A stretch of 64,000 nucleotides of DNA from the NCBI GenBank assembly GCA_965212055.1, contig OZ243041.1:79914-143913 (forward strand), read 5' to 3'. Under the pieces are notes generated by a model that was given only the letters and a program-made list of their open reading frames with translations, searched no databases and was not told the origin of the DNA. Below are positions 10,842 through 22,722 of the stretch, one piece after another. The stretch is from Fidelibacterota bacterium (GTDB lineage Bacteria > Fidelibacterota > Marinisomatia > Marinisomatales > Marinisomataceae). Position 1 is the stretch's first letter. Every line of letters starts with the position of its first letter. Made by a program: the position numbers and the translations under genes.

Positions 10842-11252
10842 ATGGCACTAAAACCACCAATAAGGATATTAATGGCCAAACCAGGTTTAGATGGTCACGA
10901 CAGGGGAATTAAAGTTCTTGCAGCAGCATATCGTGATGCGGGAATGGATGTAATATATTTAGGTTTACGACAAACACCAAATAGCATTGTTAAGGTTGCA
11001 ATACAAGAAGGAGTCGATGTGATTGCTCTTTCAATACTTTCTGGTGCACATATGACAATTTTTACTAAAGTTATTGAGCTAATGAAAGAAAATAATTTAG
11101 AAAATATACTTGTTACAGGAGGAGGAATTATACCTGATAATGATGCCAAGAAACTATCAAAAATAGGCGTTGGGAAATTATTCGGACCAGGAACTCCTGT
11201 AAAAAAATCTTTAGAGTATATTGAAAAATGGGTACAAAACAATAGAAGATGA
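10842..11252 (+). CDS. Stand-alone cobalamin (B12)-binding domain protein, like the methylmalonyl-CoA mutase small subunit / C-terminal domain
   Basis: A 136-aa protein with RILMAKPGLDGHDRGIKVLAAAYRDAGMDVIYLG, carrying the DxHxxG-type B12 motif (DGHDRG). Confidence 0.8.
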   Translation: MALKPPIRILMAKPGLDGHDRGIKVLAAAYRDAGMDVIYLGLRQTPNSIVKVAIQEGVDVIALSILSGAHMTIFTKVIELMKENNLENILVTGGGIIPDNDAKKLSKIGVGKLFGPGTPVKKSLEYIEKWVQNNRR

Positions 11253-11692
11253 TTAACAATATTCACAAAACATATCTCAAAGGAGAAAAAGCATTTGAGA
11301 AAGGAGAATTTGTAACTGCAAAAAAACATTTATTGTCAGTTGTGGATCATGATAGCAATTATTATGCTGCTTATTTATTGCTTTTTGAAATTGCAGATAA
11401 AAATAATCCATCTTTTAAGAAGATTGTCTTTGAAGAATTAAAACGATTAAATCCATCACTCAATATTGAGTATAAAGCTCCAAAAAGTAATCGCAAAAAA
11501 ATAACAAGAAACAAAAAACAAAATAACCCTATTCTTACAATCCCTTATATCAAATTATTGGTTCAACAAGGAAAGATTTTACAAGCGAAAAAAAGCCTAA
11601 AAATAATTTTAGATACTACAAAAAATAAAAAACAAATTAATGAAGCAAAAAAATTTTTAAATGGTTTAGACAAAGGTAAAAATACAAAATGA
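11249..11692 (+). CDS. Hypothetical protein, helical/TPR-like with a very basic central segment
   Basis: A 147-aa ORF that is translationally coupled on both sides (4-nt overlaps). I recognise no motif. Confidence 0.55.
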   Translation: MINNIHKTYLKGEKAFEKGEFVTAKKHLLSVVDHDSNYYAAYLLLFEIADKNNPSFKKIVFEELKRLNPSLNIEYKAPKSNRKKITRNKKQNNPILTIPYIKLLVQQGKILQAKKSLKIILDTTKNKKQINEAKKFLNGLDKGKNTK

Positions 11693-12777
11693 GCGATCAA
11701 TATTTCATTAATAGACAAAACAAGCTTAGAGAATTATTGGCTAAAAATCATTTAGATGGAATGCTCGTTACTAATCTTATTCATATAAGATATTTATGTG
11801 GTTTTACCGGGTCTGCTGGCTCTTTAGTTTTAACCGCTAATAGTTGTGATTTCATCACTGATGGGCGTTATACTTTTCAATCAAAAAATGAAGTAAAAGG
11901 AGCTAAAACAACTATTAGTAGCGATCTTCACCTCAATGTAATCAAAAAAAATAATTTATTAGTTTCTGGTGCAAAGATTGGTTGTGATTCTAAAAATATA
12001 TCCCATCAAACTTATCTTGAATTGCAAAAAACCTTGTCAAATATTATTTGGAATAATATTTCAGGATATATTGAATCTTTGGCAATGGTTAAAGACGATA
12101 AAGAAATTCAAGCGATAAAAACAGCTGTAGAAATTACTGATAAAGCATTCGCAGAAGTTTTCCCAATGATTCAGATTGGTGTTCAAGAAAAATATATAGC
12201 AAATAAATTATCTTTTCTTTATAGACAGTATGGCGATGCAGATGCAGATGCATTTTCACCAATAGTTGGAAGCGGCCCACATTCTGCAATGCCCCATCAG
12301 AGACCAACTGAAAAAGAAATTGGTCCAGGAGAACTCGTTGTTATTGATTCTGGTGCAAAATATGCTGGTTATCATGCAGATATGACTCGTACAGTTGCAA
12401 CCGAAGGCTATTCTGAACAACAAAAAGATATTTATAATATTGTTTTAGAAGCACAATTAAAAAGTATTGAAGGTATCAAACCTGGTGCATCTTGTAAAGA
12501 AATTGATTCTATTGCCCGTACACATATCACAGATGCTGGGTATGGTAAATATTTTGATCATGGACTTGGACACTCACTTGGTTTAGAAATTCATGAAGAT
12601 CCAAGATTTAGTAAAATAAGTAAAGATACTTTAAAATCAAATTATGTTATGACTGTAGAGCCGGGTATTTATCTTGAGGATATTGGAGGGGTTCGTATCG
12701 AAGATGATGTTGTTGTAACAGACAATGGATATGAAGTCCTTAATAAAACCTCAAAAGATTTCACAGTAATTTCATAA
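11689..12777 (+). CDS. Xaa-Pro aminopeptidase (M24B family)
   Basis: Motifs DSGAKYAGYHADMTRT, HGLGHSLGLEIHE and VEPGIYLEDIGGVRIEDD. Confidence 0.9.
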   Translation: MSDQYFINRQNKLRELLAKNHLDGMLVTNLIHIRYLCGFTGSAGSLVLTANSCDFITDGRYTFQSKNEVKGAKTTISSDLHLNVIKKNNLLVSGAKIGCDSKNISHQTYLELQKTLSNIIWNNISGYIESLAMVKDDKEIQAIKTAVEITDKAFAEVFPMIQIGVQEKYIANKLSFLYRQYGDADADAFSPIVGSGPHSAMPHQRPTEKEIGPGELVVIDSGAKYAGYHADMTRTVATEGYSEQQKDIYNIVLEAQLKSIEGIKPGASCKEIDSIARTHITDAGYGKYFDHGLGHSLGLEIHEDPRFSKISKDTLKSNYVMTVEPGIYLEDIGGVRIEDDVVVTDNGYEVLNKTSKDFTVIS

Positions 12778-12779
12778 AA

Positions 12780-15735
<2,956 letters not shown>

Positions 15736-15736
<1 letters not shown>

Positions 15737-16908
15737 TGTTTAGATATCTTATATTTTTTTTGTTAACTATTGTTTTTGCACAAGATACTCTTGTTATTGA
15801 ATCTTCGATTGTAGCAAAAGGATTAAACAAGCCCCTACTTGTCCGTTTTCACCCCGAAACCAATACAATGTATGTGGTTCAACAAACAGGTGAAATTGTT
15901 ATTGTTAATAATGAGACACCCTCTGAAAATTTATTTTTAGATATTAGTGATAAAATAGCTTTATCTATAATGCCAGGAGATGAAAGAGGTTTCTTAGGCA
16001 TGGTGTTTGATCCAAACTATGTTAAAAATGGATATTTCTACATTTGTTATGTTGACAAGGAGAATCACTCTGTTGTTTCGAGAATGCAAGTATCTGACAA
16101 TCCATTAATTGCTGATAAAAATTCTGAATTAATCTTACTACGTTTTGAACAACCATTTAATAATCATAATGGTGGACATCTTGAATTTGGTCCTAAAGAT
16201 GGTTATTTATATATTGGATTTGGTGATGGAGGAAGTAGAAGCGATCCTTTTGGAAATGCTCAAAAATTAGACAACCTTTTTGGTACAATATTGAGAATAG
16301 ACACCAATACTGATGCTGGATATACTATTCCTAAATCGAATCCATTTTATAATGATAAAAATAAAAAAGGAGAAATTTGGTCATATGGCCTAAGAAATCC
16401 TTGGCGATTTTCGTTTGATTCTATGAATGGAGATATTTTTATTGGTGATGTTGGTCAAGATTCATGGGAAGAAATTGATTATATCGAATCAGGTGTAGGC
16501 GGAACAAATTTTGGTTGGAATATTATGGAAGGCAATCATTGTTATCTAGATTCAACATGTGTGTCTGATCAATATATCAACCCTATTATTGAATATCCTA
16601 GTGATGCAAATTATATGAAAAGCCTGGTTGGACGCAAGCAAACAAATGTATCTGGATGTTCAGTGACCGGAGGCTATGTATATAGAGGAAAGAAAATAAA
16701 TAATTTATATGGCAAATATATTTTCTCTGATTTTTGTACTGGAGAATTATGGGCTTTCGATTATCAAAAAGATATTATTTACGAGATTACTGAATCTGTT
16801 TTATCGGATGATAGGCATATGATATCTTCTTTTGGAGAAGATATTTATAAAGAACTTTATATTGTAGACTTCTTAGGTGTAATATATAAAATGGAACCAG
16901 GGGAATAA
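15736..16908 (+). CDS. PQQ-dependent sugar (glucose/sorbosone) dehydrogenase-family beta-propeller, secreted
   Basis: Signal peptide plus FNNHNGGHLEFGPKDGYLYIGFGDGG and SYGLRNPWRFSFD, which are typical of the GSDH family. Confidence 0.75.
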
Positions 16909-17652
16909 TTGTCTGATACGGCCATCAAAATCATAAATTTTCATAAAAAATATGAAGATGAAATATATGCAGTTCAAGGAATTGATTTATCAATTAAAAA
17001 AGGAGAATTTTATGGTCTTCTTGGTCCAAATGGTGCCGGAAAATCTACTACTATTAATGCTATTACAAGCCTTGTGAAGCCTACAAAGGGGAATATTAGT
17101 GTTTTCAATAAGGATATAGTTTCTGATTTTAGATATACACGATCTAAAATTGGAATTTCTCCCCAAGAAATAAGCAATGATTGGTTTTTCCCAGTAGAAC
17201 AACTTTTATATTTCCAAGCAGGTTTCTATGGCATAGAAAGAAACAATGCAAAAGAAAGAATAGAATATATCTTACATAAAGTTGGTCTATATAATCATAA
17301 AGATAAAAAAATGCGTCAATTATCAGGAGGAATGAAAAGACGCTTACAAATTGCAAGAGCTTTAGTACATGATCCTGAAATACTTATTCTTGACGAACCT
17401 ACAGCAGGTGTTGATGTAGCATTAAGACACGATCTTTGGGATTTTCTACAACAATTACATAAGGGAGGCAAGACAATTCTACTAACCACTCATTATATTG
17501 ATGAAGCAGAATTATTATGTGAAAGAGTTGGTATTATTAACAATGGTAAGCTTATAGCTGAAGATACAGTGCCAAATTTGAAATCATCAATCGATAAATC
17601 AAAATTAGAAGATGTATTTTTAGAATTAACAGGGAGAACTCTTAATGATTAG
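16909..17652 (+). CDS. ABC transporter ATP-binding protein (ABC-2 subfamily)
   Basis: TTG start. Walker A GPNGAGKST, signature LSGGMKRRLQIA and Walker B ILILDEP. Confidence 0.9.
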   Translation: MSDTAIKIINFHKKYEDEIYAVQGIDLSIKKGEFYGLLGPNGAGKSTTINAITSLVKPTKGNISVFNKDIVSDFRYTRSKIGISPQEISNDWFFPVEQLLYFQAGFYGIERNNAKERIEYILHKVGLYNHKDKKMRQLSGGMKRRLQIARALVHDPEILILDEPTAGVDVALRHDLWDFLQQLHKGGKTILLTTHYIDEAELLCERVGIINNGKLIAEDTVPNLKSSIDKSKLEDVFLELTGRTLND

Positions 17653-18409
17653 AAATTGGGTTGGATTTTATACTCTTTCATCAAGAGAAATCTTACGTTT
17701 TTTTACGGTCTGGAAACAAACAATTATTCCTGGTATTGTAACAACGCTATTATATATTTTTGTTTTTGGTGTAGCACTCCAAGATAGAATAACAGAAATA
17801 GACGGCATTCCATATAAAATGTATATATTGCCTGGTTTATTAATGATGAATGTTATAACAAATGCTGTTGCTAATACAGCTTCATCAATGTTACAAATGA
17901 AATTACTTCAAACTCTTCCTGAGCTTTTAATTACTCCCCTTTCAAGCCTTGAATTATCAGTGTCATTTATTATTGGCGGAACGGTACGTGGTTTTGTTAA
18001 TGGTATTCTTATTCTTTTAATTTGTATCATGGCTGGCATGGAAATTAGAGATCCAATTTCTACTATCTTTATTATTTTTATTGTATCATGGTCATTTTCC
18101 AGTCTTGGCTTATTTATTGGTCAAATGTCTGATTCTTGGGACCAATTAGCACTAATACAAAATTTTGTTCTTACACCACTAAGTTTTTTAGGTGGAATTT
18201 TTTATTCTGTAAATATGTTACCAGAATGGGGTTTAGCGATTAGTAAAGTCAATCCGGTATTTTATACTATTAATTCTTTAAGATATGCAACTTTGGGCGT
18301 TTCAGATGCACCATTTGTCAATTCTATGGTCTTTATTGTACTGTTTTCTTTGTTATTAACAACCCTTGCAGTAAAGACAATGGAAAGTGGAAAAAAAATA
18401 AGGTTTTAA
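17645..18409 (+). CDS. ABC-2 type transporter permease
   Basis: A 254-aa multi-TM protein that overlaps the ATPase gene by 8 nt. Confidence 0.8.
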   Translation: MIRNWVGFYTLSSREILRFFTVWKQTIIPGIVTTLLYIFVFGVALQDRITEIDGIPYKMYILPGLLMMNVITNAVANTASSMLQMKLLQTLPELLITPLSSLELSVSFIIGGTVRGFVNGILILLICIMAGMEIRDPISTIFIIFIVSWSFSSLGLFIGQMSDSWDQLALIQNFVLTPLSFLGGIFYSVNMLPEWGLAISKVNPVFYTINSLRYATLGVSDAPFVNSMVFIVLFSLLLTTLAVKTMESGKKIRF

Positions 18410-18437
18410 TTTTGAATTATATGATATAAAATCAAGC

Positions 18438-19541
18438 ATGCAAAAACATAGAAAGGCCATCCTTTATCTTGAGGATGGCCTTTTTTTTACCGGAAAAAGT
18501 CTCGGATCTTTAGGAGAAACTTCTGGAGAAGTTTGTTTCAATACTGGAATGACAGGTTATCAAGAAATCTTAACTGATCCATCCTATGCAAAACAAATGA
18601 TAGCAATGTGTTCCCCACACATTGGAAATTATGGTTCTAATGATTCTGATATTGAATCGTCCAAAGTGTATGCAACAGGATTTATAATAAAGAGCGAATC
18701 TATTGTTTCATCCAATTGGAGATCTACTGCAAGCCTAAAGGAATTTCTCAAAGCTCACAATGTTGTTGGTATTCAAGACATTGATACAAGAGCCCTTACG
18801 ATACATATTAGAGATAAAGGTGCAATGAATGGTATTATTTCAACAAGAGATTTTGATATTAAAAGTTTGCGTAAAAAAATGAAAAAAATTCCTTCAATGG
18901 AAGGATTAGATTTAGCCAAAGAAGTTTCTAGAAAAAGAAAAACAATACTTTCTCCAAAGAATAAGGTGAAATATAAAATTGCAGCCATTGATTATGGTAT
19001 GAAATCTAATATTTATAATATCATGCTTGAATATGATGCAGAAATTTCCATATTTCCAGCTTCAGTTAGTTCTAAACAAATTCTAGATTATAATCCAGAC
19101 GGTATTTTTTTATCCAATGGACCAGGTGATCCTGCAGCAATTGATTATGGTATTAATACAGTTCAACAATTACTTGGTAAAAAACCAATTTTTGGTATTT
19201 GCCTTGGACATCAAATTTTAGCATTAGCTTTAAATGCTCGTACGTTTAAAATGAAATTTGGTCATCGAGGCATTAATCAACCGGTTAAAAATTTAAAAAA
19301 TGATAAAATTGAAATAACATCTCAAAATCATGGTTTTGCTGTTGATGAAAAATCATTACCATCCAGTGCTGTTATTACTCATACACACCTTAATGATAAT
19401 ACTGTTGCTGGTATAGAATGTAAATCTTTACAAGCATATTCCGTACAGTATCATCCTGAATCAAGTCCTGGTCCCCATGATTCGAGATATATATTTAAAC
19501 AATTTTTTCAAATGATGGATAAAAATGCCAAAAAGAAGTGA
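18438..19541 (+). CDS. carA: Carbamoyl-phosphate synthase small (glutaminase) subunit
   Basis: The N-terminus [14 protein letters not shown] aligns with E. coli Car[28 protein letters not shown], catalytic GICLGHQ and VQYHPE are present. Confidence 0.95.
   Translation: MQKHRKAILYLEDGLFFTGKSLGSLGETSGEVCFNTGMTGYQEILTDPSYAKQMIAMCSPHIGNYGSNDSDIESSKVYATGFIIKSESIVSSNWRSTASLKEFLKAHNVVGIQDIDTRALTIHIRDKGAMNGIISTRDFDIKSLRKKMKKIPSMEGLDLAKEVSRKRKTILSPKNKVKYKIAAIDYGMKSNIYNIMLEYDAEISIFPASVSSKQILDYNPDGIFLSNGPGDPAAIDYGINTVQQLLGKKPIFGICLGHQILALALNARTFKMKFGHRGINQPVKNLKNDKIEITSQNHGFAVDEKSLPSSAVITHTHLNDNTVAGIECKSLQAYSVQYHPESSPGPHDSRYIFKQFFQMMDKNAKKK
18453..18488 (+). terminator. Intrinsic-terminator-like hairpin plus U8 tract embedded in carA codons 6-17 (candidate attenuator)
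   Basis: AAGGCCATCC (18453-18462) pairs perfectly with GGATGGCCTT (18473-18482) around a 10-nt loop. A T-run covers 18481-18488. Confidence 0.55.
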
Positions 19542-22500
19542 TATTAAAAAAATATTAGTTATTGGTGCAGGTCCAATTATTATTGGTCAAGCTTGTGAGT
19601 TTGATTATTCTGGCACCCAAGCCATTAAGGCTTTAAAAGAAGAAGGCTATAAAGTTATTTTAATTAATTCTAATCCTGCAACCATTATGACTGATCCACA
19701 ATTTTCTGATAAAACATATATTGAACCAATTACCAAAGAATATGTTGAAGCTATTATTAAAAAAGAAAAACCACATGCAATATTGCCTACAGTTGGAGGA
19801 CAAACTGCTCTCAATATTGCTATAGAACTATATGATAATGGAATATTAAAGAAATATAATGTTGAATTGATTGGAGCTAATAAGCGTGCAATTGAAACTG
19901 CTGAAAACAGAGAAAAATTCAAAAAAGCTATGACTGATATTGGTTTAGAAGTGCCTTATGGTTATACAATTCAATCGGTTGAAGAAGGAATAGATCTTTT
20001 AAATGATCTTTCTCTTCCTGCAATCATTCGACCTTCTTTTACCCTGGGAGGTTCGGGGGGTTCTGTTGCATTTAATGAAGAAGAATTCCAAATCGCTGTT
20101 ACTCAAGGGATCAAAGAAAGTCCAGTTAACCAAGTCTTGATAGAGGAATATCTTTTTGGTTGGAAAGAATATGAACTAGAAGTTATTAGAGACCTCAATG
20201 ATAATGTAATTATTATTTGTTCTATTGAGAACATTGATCCAATGGGAATTCATACTGGAGATTCAGTAACAGTTGCTCCTGCGATGACATTAAGTGATAA
20301 AGAATTCCAAAAAATGCGTAATTGGGCAATCAAATGTATAAGAAAAATTGGAGTTGATACAGGAGGATCTAATGTTCAGTTTGCTATTGAGCCTAAAACC
20401 GGTAGAATGGTAATTATAGAAATGAATCCTAGAGTAAGTCGTTCTTCCGCATTAGCATCCAAAGCCACAGGATTTCCAATAGCAAAAATTGCTGCAAAAT
20501 TAGCAATAGGGTATTCACTTGATGAATTAAAAAATGATATTACGAACAGAACACTAGCTGCGTTTGAACCAACCATCGATTATATTGTAACCAAAATTCC
20601 ACGATTTGATTTTGAAAAATTTCCATCTGCTTCAGGTAAATTAGGTGTTCAAATGCAATCAGTTGGTGAAGTCATGTCAATTGGTAGGACATTTAGAGAG
20701 TCATTTCAAAAAGCATTTCGTTCTTTAGAATTAAATCTACCAGGACTGTCACCAAAAGATCCAAGAGATAATGATCCTGAGATTAAACGCTTTCGATCTC
20801 TGGATATTGAATCCCTTAATGATGGAAGTTCTTTTAGAATGTTAAAAATTAAGCAAGCATTAATCCAAGGATTTAGTATTGATGAGATTTATCAAAATAC
20901 AGGGATTGATCCATGGTTTTTACATGAAATTGCGGAAATTGTAAAGATTGAACAGTCCTATACTTCTATTAAAGATTTAAAAACCTTAAAAAAGAATGGA
21001 TTTTCAGATAAACAAATTGCTCATATAACAAAGCGCCCTCTTCTTGATATACAAAATGCGAGAAAAAGAAAAAATATAAATCCTGTATATAAAGTAGTAG
21101 ATACATGTGCTGGTGAGTTTGTAGCAGAAACTCCTTATTGCTATTCAACCTATGAAGAAACACATGATATTGAACCACTTACAGGTAAAAAAGTAATGAT
21201 TTTAGGAGGAGGACCAAATCGTATTGGGCAAGGAATTGAATTTGATTATTGTTGCGTACAAGCTGTATATGGTTTAAGGGAAGCTGGCTATAAATCTATT
21301 ATGGTTAATTGTAATCCAGAAACAGTTTCTACCGATTTTGACTTAGCTGATAGGCTTTATTTTGAACCAATCACGTTTGAAGATGTAATGAATATTATTG
21401 ATTTTGAAAAACCAGATGGAGTCTTAGTACAATTTGGAGGACAAACACCTTTAAAAATTGCTAATAAACTAAAAGAAGCAGGAGTAAAGATTTTTGGGAC
21501 TTCTTCTGATAGCATCAATTTAGCTGAAGATAGAGAAGCATTTACCGATTTGGTTAATAAATTAAAAATAACCATTCCTAACTATTATATTGCAAAAAAT
21601 TATGATGAAATAGTAGCATACTCAGAAAAAGCAGAATTTCCTGTTTTGGTTCGCCCAAGCTATGTTCTAGGAGGACGAGCAATGCAAATTGTTTATTCAA
21701 AAAAAGAACTTGTTGATTATGTATTTAGATCTGCAGAAGCAACAAGTGATCACCCAATTTTAATTGATCAATTCATTGAAAATGCATTTGAATTTGATGT
21801 GGATGCGCTTTGTGATGGCAAGAATGTATTTATTGCTGGTATTATGCAACATATTGAACAGGCAGGTATTCACTCTGGAGACTCTTCTTGTGTATTGCCT
21901 GCACACAAAATTAGTAATAAAGTCAAAAAAGAAATCATAGATGTGACTACTAAGCTCGCTAAAGCTTTAAATGTAGTTGGTCTAATTAATTTGCAGTTTG
22001 CTGTTAAAGATGAAACAGTCTATGTATTAGAAGTGAATCCTCGATCTAGTAGGACTGTGCCTTTTGTAAGCAAATATGGTAATATTCCATTGGCCAATAT
22101 TGCAGCACAATTATCTGTTGGGAAAAAATTAAAAGACTTTGGATTAAAAAATATAAGACACAAACATATTGCAGTCAAAAAAGCGGTACTTCCATTTAAA
22201 AAATTCAAAGATGAAAAAGTTTTTTTAGGCCCAGAAATGAAATCTACTGGAGAAGTGATGGGAATTAATGATAAAGTTGGAGTTGCATTTTTAAAAGCAA
22301 TGCAGTCTGATGGATATACAGTCCCTAAAAAAGGAACTGCTTTTATTTCTGTTAATAAGGCTGATAGAAGAGAAGCATTATATGCTGCCAGAGATTTAAT
22401 TAAGATTGGATTTGATATTATTGCAACAGAAGGAACTGCAAAATATTTGTCTAGAAATGGTGTTCTTTGCGAACAAATTTTCAAAGTTGGTGAAGGTAGG

Positions 22501-22719
22501 CCAAATGTTGTTGATGAAATATTAAATGATAAAATTCAATTTGTAATTAATACACCGATGGGAGCTTCAGCACGATATGATGAAGAAGCAATAGGGAAAA
22601 CATCTGTTATGAAAAATATTTTAACTATCACAACGATGTCAGGAGCTAGAGCTGCAATAGAGGCAATGTCTCTTAGTGAAAAAATTAAAGTCAAAGCATT
22701 ACAAGAGTATTTTAAATAA
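19525..22719 (+). CDS. carB: Carbamoyl-phosphate synthase large subunit
   Basis: A 1064-aa protein with duplicated ATP-grasp halves ([21 protein letters not shown] and [19 protein letters not shown]) and a C-terminal MGS-like domain. It overlaps carA by 17 nt. Confidence 0.97.
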   Translation: MPKRSDIKKILVIGAGPIIIGQACEFDYSGTQAIKALKEEGYKVILINSNPATIMTDPQFSDKTYIEPITKEYVEAIIKKEKPHAILPTVGGQTALNIAIELYDNGILKKYNVELIGANKRAIETAENREKFKKAMTDIGLEVPYGYTIQSVEEGIDLLNDLSLPAIIRPSFTLGGSGGSVAFNEEEFQIAVTQGIKESPVNQVLIEEYLFGWKEYELEVIRDLNDNVIIICSIENIDPMGIHTGDSVTVAPAMTLSDKEFQKMRNWAIKCIRKIGVDTGGSNVQFAIEPKTGRMVIIEMNPRVSRSSALASKATGFPIAKIAAKLAIGYSLDELKNDITNRTLAAFEPTIDYIVTKIPRFDFEKFPSASGKLGVQMQSVGEVMSIGRTFRESFQKAFRSLELNLPGLSPKDPRDNDPEIKRFRSLDIESLNDGSSFRMLKIKQALIQGFSIDEIYQNTGIDPWFLHEIAEIVKIEQSYTSIKDLKTLKKNGFSDKQIAHITKRPLLDIQNARKRKNINPVYKVVDTCAGEFVAETPYCYSTYEETHDIEPLTGKKVMILGGGPNRIGQGIEFDYCCVQAVYGLREAGYKSIMVNCNPETVSTDFDLADRLYFEPITFEDVMNIIDFEKPDGVLVQFGGQTPLKIANKLKEAGVKIFGTSSDSINLAEDREAFTDLVNKLKITIPNYYIAKNYDEIVAYSEKAEFPVLVRPSYVLGGRAMQIVYSKKELVDYVFRSAEATSDHPILIDQFIENAFEFDVDALCDGKNVFIAGIMQHIEQAGIHSGDSSCVLPAHKISNKVKKEIIDVTTKLAKALNVVGLINLQFAVKDETVYVLEVNPRSSRTVPFVSKYGNIPLANIAAQLSVGKKLKDFGLKNIRHKHIAVKKAVLPFKKFKDEKVFLGPEMKSTGEVMGINDKVGVAFLKAMQSDGYTVPKKGTAFISVNKADRREALYAARDLIKIGFDIIATEGTAKYLSRNGVLCEQIFKVGEGRPNVVDEILNDKIQFVINTPMGASARYDEEAIGKTSVMKNILTITTMSGARAAIEAMSLSEKIKVKALQEYFK

Positions 22720-22722
22720 TAA

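Noticed and set aside
10895-11329. A 144-aa ORF antisense to the B12-binding domain gene.
   Set aside because: It lies fully within, and opposite to, a gene with a clear conserved motif (DGHDRG). Its low-complexity, Phe/Ser/Ile-rich translation is typical of a shadow frame.
18410-18437. Moving the carA start downstream so that the hairpin becomes a simple intergenic terminator of the ABC operon.
   Set aside because: The hairpin encodes [11 protein letters not shown], which aligns with the universally conserved CarA N-terminal strand. The next Met (residue 38) would delete conserved structure.
22020-22484. A 154-aa ORF antisense to carB. Similar antisense ORFs occur at 3346-3729 (rho), 5633-5929 (prfA), 37503-37817 (ggt), 58432-58755 (RND) and 27886-28182 (GDPD).
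   Set aside because: All are nested opposite strongly conserved genes and have no start context or motifs. They are shadow ORFs created by the codon periodicity of the true genes.
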